Source: Paecilomyces variotii
Lineage: Eukaryota
Direction: 5' to 3' (one strand)
DNA: 30,508 nt
Assembly (NCBI GenBank): GCA_004022145.1
Contig: RCNU01000022.1
Below the pieces are notes generated by a model, which had not been told where the DNA came from, ran no database searches, and was given only the letters and a program-made list of their open reading frames with translations. Below, one piece after another: positions 23,188 to 30,508 of this stretch; position 1 is the stretch's first letter; each line of letters starts with the position of its first letter. A program made the translations under genes and the position numbers.

Positions 23188-24420
23188 ATGAAAATGCTAT
23201 TATATTTAAAGGAACTCTTTACCTATAATACAGTTTTATCAATAGGTAATCTAATAAACTACAGGTATTACTATAATAAGTATATCTTTATTTAATATTA
23301 AGCATATGCTAAATAAAAATAGGCCCAGTTCTTAATTTAAATCTAATATAGATCCCAGACTTATATACTACAGCTAAGCAAGAAAATAAGAAATCTAATA
23401 AATAGATATTATATATATATTAAAAGCGCGCTAAATATAGACAGTGCCTGTAATTATTGCTAAAAAAAATACTTATATACTAACCCCTAAATCTTCTATC
23501 TTAAGCGTAAATAGGAATATATAAGTCCTTTCTTTAAAATTAACTAAGCATATATTAAGCTTTTATAGTTACTAGGTATAGATAAACATAGATAGCCCGC
23601 TTATATACAATAAGGTTATTAATTCACAGCCTGCTATAAGTCTAATATAAGTTTTATATATATATAATATGCTAATAGTTGAAGTTATAATATTATATAA
23701 AGACTACACACCTGGGGGTAAGTATATTATTATCTTTAGTATATACTAGATATATATTAATCTACTATAATATTAAACTATAATATAGAGACTAATAATA
23801 TAATTATAGATAAAAAGATAATTAGGCTGCAGTAAGTTTAAGATCTATTCTATATATACTAGAGCTATACTAATAATATATAATATGCTAATTAAATACA
23901 TTTTACTTAGCAAGTAGTAAAACACCAACTTTATTTATAAACTATAGTAAGTCTTAAATATATATAGAGCTTATATTAAGCTAATATTTCTTCTAATGCA
24001 AGAAGTATATTAATTAAGAGTATTGCTATATTCTGCAAAAAAATAGCTTGCGCTAATAATAAGTTTAAAAACAGCTATAAGAGCTAGTTTTATTAAAGAG
24101 TAAGTTTAATATATGCTAATATATAAATAGGATCTATATACTATCTTTTTTACTATTTATATTGCTATTTATATTACTATTTATATATAATTTATAACTC
24201 TTAGCAGGCTTTTTAGATACATTTAATATATGCCTAATATTAACTTTAACTAATCTTAGCCTTTATTCCAGTATCCTATATCTTTATTAACCCTATCTCG
24301 CAAATATATAATAAGTATACCCCTGCCTGCATTATATATATGCTAACCTTATATAGACTAGAAATATCTTACTACTATAAAATAATAATAATAAAAATAA
24401 TAGTAAGTAGCCTTCTAATT
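23188..24420 (+). pseudogene. Candidate second multi-intron gene of the MULE, convergent with the transposase; product unknown
   Basis: ATG at 23188; plus-strand donors GTAATC 23246, GTAAAT 23507 and GTAAGT at 23718, 23832, 23947, 24100 and 24403, several followed by GCTAA branch-like sites and AG. Boundaries are approximate. Confidence 0.5.
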
Positions 24421-24760
24421 TATCTTATATATATACTAAACTAGGTTATAATATAGGTCTTATCTTAACTTTATTAAAGCACAGATAGTCTATATCTTAT
24501 AATAAATATGCGAGTAAATATACTGCCGATAAAGAAATACTAACTAAACTAGAATATAGCTATGCTTATAATTATAGCTATAGATATCCTTATAATATTA
24601 GTAGCTATAGTACTAAGTCTACTAATAAGTTTTTCTCTTTTATATATAGAATATATACTAAGTTTATATCTATAAGTTATGATTTTTTTTTCTAAGGATA
24701 AGTTTTCAGAGGCCTTAAATATATAGATATTTAAGCCCAGCTCTCCCCCAAGCATATGCT

Positions 24761-24856
24761 TAATACCGAACTTCGGTTTAATACTAAGCTCTTATGCTTA
24801 AAGATTGTTAATGCTGAACTTCAGTTTAATACTAAGTTTTTATATTTAAAGACTAT
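24761..24856. repeat. 48-bp tandem repeat, 2 copies
   Basis: taataccgaacttcggtttaatactaagctcttatgcttaaagattgt followed by a transition-only variant at 24809. Confidence 0.8.
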
Positions 24857-25288
24857 TTTTTTATATCTTTAAATAATTGCAATATAATATTTTTTATTTT
24901 TTTATTTATTCTTATTGTAGGGGAAAAGGAAATATATATATATATTTATTATATAACTATAGCTATATAGATATATATATTTATTATATAAACTACTGTA
25001 ATAATTCTTCTCTTTTTTGCTTAAATTCTTATTGCCTTTACTTTATTATTTTTCTTAATTAAATAGCAAAATTAGTCTCTGCTATTTCTTCTAATAAGGG
25101 TCCTCTATTATAGTATATATAAGCTCTATTTTATCCAGAATCTGTACTTAACTTTTAGATAATATATGCCGGATATAGAGTTAGTATATGCTCTAAATTA
25201 AAACTAGCAGAGCTATCTGAATTTAATAAAAGGGTTTAAACCCTTCTAGGTATTGGGACGGTATTAAATTAAATCTGGCCTTAAATAT

Positions 25289-25637
25289 AACTAGAACCTC
25301 TAGATTAACCCCTTCCTTAACCTTTATTTAGTATATACTCTGTACTTAATCTGCGTTGAGAATAATAATCTGAGTCTAATTCTTTAGAGCTTAGCTTAGT
25401 TTATTTAGTCCTAGATTAAACCTAGCTCTGACAACAACCGGAACCTCTAGATTAATCCCTTTCTTAATCTCTATTTAGTATATATTCTATATTTAATCTG
25501 CGTTAAGAATAATAATCTAAGTCTAATTCTTTAGAGCTTAGCTCAGTCCGCTTAGTCCTAGATTAAATCTAGCTTTAATAATAACTAGAACCTCTAGATT
25601 AACCCCTTTCTTAACCTTTATTTAGTATATACTCTAT
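25289..25637. repeat. 147-bp tandem repeat, about 2.4 copies
   Basis: GAACCTCTAGATTAA recurs at 25294, 25441 and 25588. Confidence 0.9.
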
Positions 25638-28600
25638 AAATATTTTATCTCTAGCTAATATATATTTAATAAAAGGTTTAGATAAAGATATTAAAACAAC
25701 CTTAAAATTAGCATCTTTATTAGAAGATTAATTATTATTATTATCTAAAGGTATATTATAGGGATTATTAAGATTAAATAATAAATAAGATTAATTCATT
25801 TAATAATTAGCAGCTCTTTAATTCTATTAGTCTAAAAGATATGTTCAGCATATGTTTAAAGGTATATTAAACTTTTATCTTACTATTTCTCTGTATCTAT
25901 TGGGAGATCTATATAGTATTACTATAGTTTTACTATGTATTATTAATATTATAGCTAAAAAGCTCTTATTATTTAATAATATCTTCTATATATTATTATA
26001 GACTAAATATAAATTAGCCTTATTAATATTTAATCTATACTAGATAGATACTAAGCATATGCTGAGTATAGATATACTGTTAAATAGCCCCCAGTAAAGA
26101 TAGGTTTCTCTCTATATTATAATTATCTTAGAAGTAACTACTTTTAGATAATCTAGTATGCTTTTAAGCATAACTCTACTATTTAAAAGGGATTTTTAAT
26201 ATTTCCCGTGATAATACAGTAAGAATCTATAGTTTTATTTTGCTTTAAAGCTATTTTTTAATATCTAGATATTCCTCACCCTATTAATATATAGTTTGAA
26301 GGATTTTTTAGTAAGAATATAAATCCTATAGATATTTTAGTTGATAAATAAGGGGATAGGATCTTTTAAATTTTTTATAGAAATTGCGTTCAATATATAT
26401 TTAGTAGAAGATAAGTATATGCTTAAGATATTTTTGCCAGTTAAGGGAAGAATAAATAGAATATAAGTAGTTACTAAAGCCTAAATATATTTAGTATATA
26501 TTTTGCATCTATTGAGATAATATTAACTAAATGCTTATTTTTTATATATATCTACAGTAACAGTCTATATCCCTTCTCTATTTAAAATATATGCCTATTA
26601 AATATATTAATATATAGCTTATGATAATATTTAAAATAGTAATTTAAATATTTAAAAATATATATAATAAGTTTGTAGAGAGACAAAAGTATAACAATAA
26701 GTATTAATCCCTAATATAAAGTTAGTATATGCTAAACGCATAATAAAGAGAAGTTAAATATATATTTAGCTTTAGAATTCCAGCTTGAGATCAAAAAGAT
26801 ATTTATATTTCTAAGTATTATTTTGTAAGTTAAATCTATTTTAAGATATTTAGCTTTTATAAATATTTTTACTTAAGCATTTATATAATAAATAATAATA
26901 TATTCTCTAGTTTTACTAATATTAACTGCGCAAATCTATTATTTATCACTTTTTCTGCGTTGGTCAAACTTATACTCTTATATAACCCCTATATAGTATT
27001 AGTATATGCAAAATATATAATAAGAATAGATTCTAACTGGTAATATCTGAACTAAATAGGTATTGCAGAAGTTTTTATTTTTAAATTAAATAAGCAATTT
27101 TATCCTTAATATTTAAAGAAGCTCTAATTAAATTTAGAGCTTAACCTTAATATTTTTGCTTAAATATATATACTTTAGGAGATATTAAAAATTTGTCTAT
27201 AAGTATCTGGTCAGCATATACAGAATATAAGCTTAAGGTATATATAATATACGCGCAGTTATAGTAAGAATATCTCTTTAATTAATTAGATCTATAAGTT
27301 TTTAAGCAAAATCTTAACTCAACTTAGTTAATAATAAAAGAAAATATATATAATCTTCTCAACAAACAAGAAGGATAAAAAGAAAATAATCCTAATTATA
27401 AGGAATAAAAATATTAATTAAAGCATTATATTCTTTGTATAGAACTTTAGATACACCTTAAAGATAGTTAAATCCTAGACCTATAGTTAGTATATACCTA
27501 ATATATATAGAGCAAATACCTACTATAAGTTATACGCCTTAAAGTAGTATAGTTAATATAAATACAAATAGATTAAATAAGAGTATTAGTACTATATATC
27601 CTATAAGCTACTAAAATATATAGATAAGGCATATAAATTTAAGCTATATATATAGAGATAGCTTATACAATATGCTATAATTTAAAATCACTTGCTAACA
27701 GGCAACTAATAAAGGTAACTAGTGGCTAAGGATATATTTAGTATATGCCGAGATTAAATATAGAGTTAAACTTACTTTATATTATTTAAAGATTACTAGA
27801 ATTTAATTTAAGCATACCTATATTTTATTTTCTAGATAAAAATAATGCCCTGCTAATTGTTAATTCTAAAAATAAAGAAATCTATTATATTAATTTTTAG
27901 TTTCTCTTTTAAGAAATTTACTAGCAAAAGTAGTATTAGATATATAGCTTACTTCTTTATAAAGCGTTTTAAAGATATTTAGTTTAATATAGCTATATTT
28001 ATAGCATTATCTAAATATATACTCCGGCATATACTTATAATATTTAATACCGCTACATTTATATGCCTAATAATATGCCTTGCTTTAAATTTTATCCTTT
28101 TTATCCTTTTAAAAAAGTAGAAGAGATAAGATCTTATAATTGCCTTAAATATAGAGCCTAAACTGGATCTAAGCTATACTTAGCATATGCTTATAATATA
28201 TTAAACATCTGCTTAAGATAAGGTATAGACATACCTTTAATAAAAATTATTAAAATATTTAATAAATATTTATACTAAAACAATTATAAGATAAAGAATT
28301 TTTTTAATAAATAAAATATAAGATACTACTAAAATAAGTTATTAGATATTTAGGAATAGATAACTTATCCTAAATACTATTAACTATAATCTTAGAGATA
28401 CTACCGCGGCTAATAATAATGCCTATAAAAGAAATAGCCTCCTAGATATGCTTAGTATATGCCTTATTAAAACTTATATAAAAAGAATATATCTAATCAA
28501 GTCCTATATAAAAAGGAAATTTAGGATATATTTTAAATTTTTTATCTTTGCTTTTTATACAGGAATAGATACTGCTTTAATTATTTATTATATTCTCAAA

Positions 28601-30508
28601 CTAGTTTAGGTGTGCTTTATAAAGGTTATAGTTCTATATAAGTTCGCTCTATAATAAATTAGCATCCAGTTTAAATATAATAGATATTAAATATATGCTT
28701 AGCATCTGCTAGGCCTCTATAGGAATTATATTAATATACCCGGATAAGAATATCATGCAGCTATTAACTAAGAATACTATTAATTTAGCTATCAGTTATA
28801 GTTATTTAGTTCTCAGCTATTTTTAAATATTTGGGGAAAAAGTAATAGTACTTAGCTTTATATTAGCTATTATATATATATATATTATAAATTCTAAAGA
28901 GTTTTATTGTATAAATATTATTATTAATCCTTAAATAGGCTAACCTTATATTAATTATGCAATCGGCTTATACTGAGCTTATACTTGATCTATGCGTAAA
29001 GTGGGTTAAGCTTAACCTAGCTAAGGATGAGCTCTAGGGTAGGCTGAGCTCCTAGGGTAGGCTGAGCTTAGCCCCGGCTGGGCCGAGATATATACCCAAA
29101 TTAGATTTATAATAATTTAAGAGAAATAGCTATATAATAAAAACTATTTTATCTTAAATATTTAAGTTTAAATTAATAGTAATAAGCTATTCTTATATAA
29201 GAGAATTTATAATAAGATTATTTTAATATTATATTAAGTATTAAATCTAATAGAGATTAAATTCTATTAAAGATTAAAATATTAATCTATTATTATTATA
29301 TCTTTAATAAATAATATTAAAAATAAGAAAGAGAAACTTATTTTTATTTTTTTAAAAGAGAATTATAAGAAATAGTTTATTTATATAAAAAGATAGCTTA
29401 TTAATAAAAATTACTAAAGAGCTATTAAGTTTATTAAAAAGCTATATAATAACTAGTTTAATAAGGCTAATATAATTACTTAATATTAAATTATTAAATA
29501 TTTATTTAAAGATAATTAAAATAGATTTATTAATTTTAATAGTATATATATATTATAAAAGGCTCTATAAATAAAATATATAAAAACTCTCCCTAATTAA
29601 AAGCGCTAATTTATTTAATTATTTATATATTCTTAAATAATTCCTAAATAAATTATCTTAAATACTTAGAATTAATTATAATAGATAAGAAAGAGAATTA
29701 TAATATCTAATAGTATAATATTTTCTTTAATTAAACTTAAAGCTAAAATATAATAATTACTTTTAATACTATTTAAAAAATATACTATAATTAAGATAAT
29801 AATTAATATATATAAGAATTTAAAGGTAGATAATATTTTAGCTATTTTAAAAGAAATAAAAACCTAAATTTAAATAAAATTAACTACTATATTTTTAATA
29901 AAAAATAAATAAATCTTTATTAAATATTATATCTATAAGGAAGATTATTATATTAAAAATTATCTATTTCTATTTATTATTTAGAGAAATATAAGAGATA
30001 ATTAAAAATAGAGAAAGAAGTCTTTTAAGCAAATATTTAATAATCTTATTATTTAAGATAAAATAATAATAGAGATAATTAATAAAATCTATAAGGAGAT
30101 TTAATCCTTAAAGAATAAGAGATTAAAAAATAAAAAATATAAAGTATATAATATAGAAGAAATCTTAAATATTAAAAAGAGCTAATTTTAATTAAAATTC
30201 TTAGTCTTAATTACCTTTAATAATTAAATCTTATATAAGATTACTTATCTTTTAAAAGATATTATTAATAAAAATTTATTCTAATAATATATAAATAATA
30301 ATACTAGTTTATATATAATTAATAAAAATTATTATTTTAAAGAATTATTAATTTAAATTTAATAGAGGTATATTTATATAAGCGGAGAAATCCTATATTT
30401 AAAATATATAGAAATAGCTATTTTAAGAGATAAGAATAGGAAGATATTAAACTTAGAAAATATATTATTTATATTAAACCTTAGGGTAAATCTTTTATTA
30501 ATTAAGAT

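Larger units (their letters stand above)
24600..28756 (-). pseudogene. Multi-intron MULE-type DDE transposase
   Basis: De-RIP readings: YKCSGIKCCEY (~28030-28065), HTHFPPPPTK (~27325-27352), LEIDLTYK (D at 26834-26836), GIRTVTVDMCKKQA (D at 26550-26552), IFCQIHIERN (CxxH, ~26383-26412) and HTGLSESSHF (E read from AAA at 26143-26145). Many minus-strand GT..CTAA..AG introns. Ends are approximate. Confidence 0.8.
22714..29097 (-). mobile_element. Mutator-like (MULE) DNA transposon, 6384 bp, RIP-inactivated
   Basis: 9-bp TSD AAATTAGAT at 22705-22713 and 29098-29106; about 42-bp terminal inverted repeats with core CTCGGCCCAGCCGGGGCTAAGCTCAGCCTACC; a second AGCTCAGCCYACC unit internal at each end; internal DDE transposase relic. 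Confidence 0.88.
8155..30508. other. AT-rich RIP-degenerate transposon block (probable heterochromatin)
   Basis: Abrupt loss of GC and long ORFs with a visible TpA excess. Repeat copies differ almost only by C/T and G/A transitions. Confidence 0.9.
22423..30508 (+). mobile_element. Second copy of the same Copia family; interrupted by the MULE and running off the right edge
   Basis: LTR 22423-22697. 29107-30508 is colinear with 9573-10445 joined to 17828-~18350. Confidence 0.88.

Noticed and set aside
24549-25062. Short I/Y/N-rich ORFs
   Set aside because: The composition is a RIP artefact; these are not functional ORFs.
25289-25637. CRISPR array or nucleosome-length satellite
   Set aside because: No unique spacers, a eukaryotic context and only about 2.4 copies. 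The 147-bp period is more simply 49 codons.
22714-29097. AcademH, hAT or Starship identity
   Set aside because: I found no helicase or tyrosine-recombinase motifs. A 9-bp TSD with D..D..CxxH..E fits Mutator best, though the exact family needs an HMM search.
8155-30508. Mitochondrial insertion, contaminant or alternative genetic code
   Set aside because: LTRs, TSDs, TIRs and TE motifs with transition-only damage explain the AT richness and the stop codons.

Overview
Fungal genomic DNA, probably a filamentous ascomycete (short GT-AG introns, RIP signature), at a sharp boundary between a gene-dense region and a repeat block. Bases 1-8150 hold the 5' end of a coiled-coil gene, RFT1, DBP3, a PIG3-type quinone oxidoreductase, OST3/OST6 and an intron-containing tRNA-Leu(CAG). 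From about 8155 to the end is a very AT-rich block mutated by repeat-induced point mutation (RIP), which I resolved by hand into nested transposons. A full Ty1/Copia element (9282-21952) is interrupted by a full Ty3/Gypsy chromovirus (10446-17822, ATTAC target-site duplication). A second Copia copy (22423 onward) is interrupted in its primer-binding site by a 6.4-kb Mutator-like (MULE) DNA transposon (22714-29097, 9-bp TSD). Two candidates stand out. First, the MULE carries a second, convergent multi-intron gene plus a dispersed palindrome AGCATATGCT, a layout reminiscent of MuDR mudrB and the VANDAL/VANC anti-silencing system. Second, the Gypsy carries an antisense extra ORF of about 410 codons that restores to a Zn2Cys6-like cluster. 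All transposon protein readings are manual 'de-RIP' reconstructions, not database matches.
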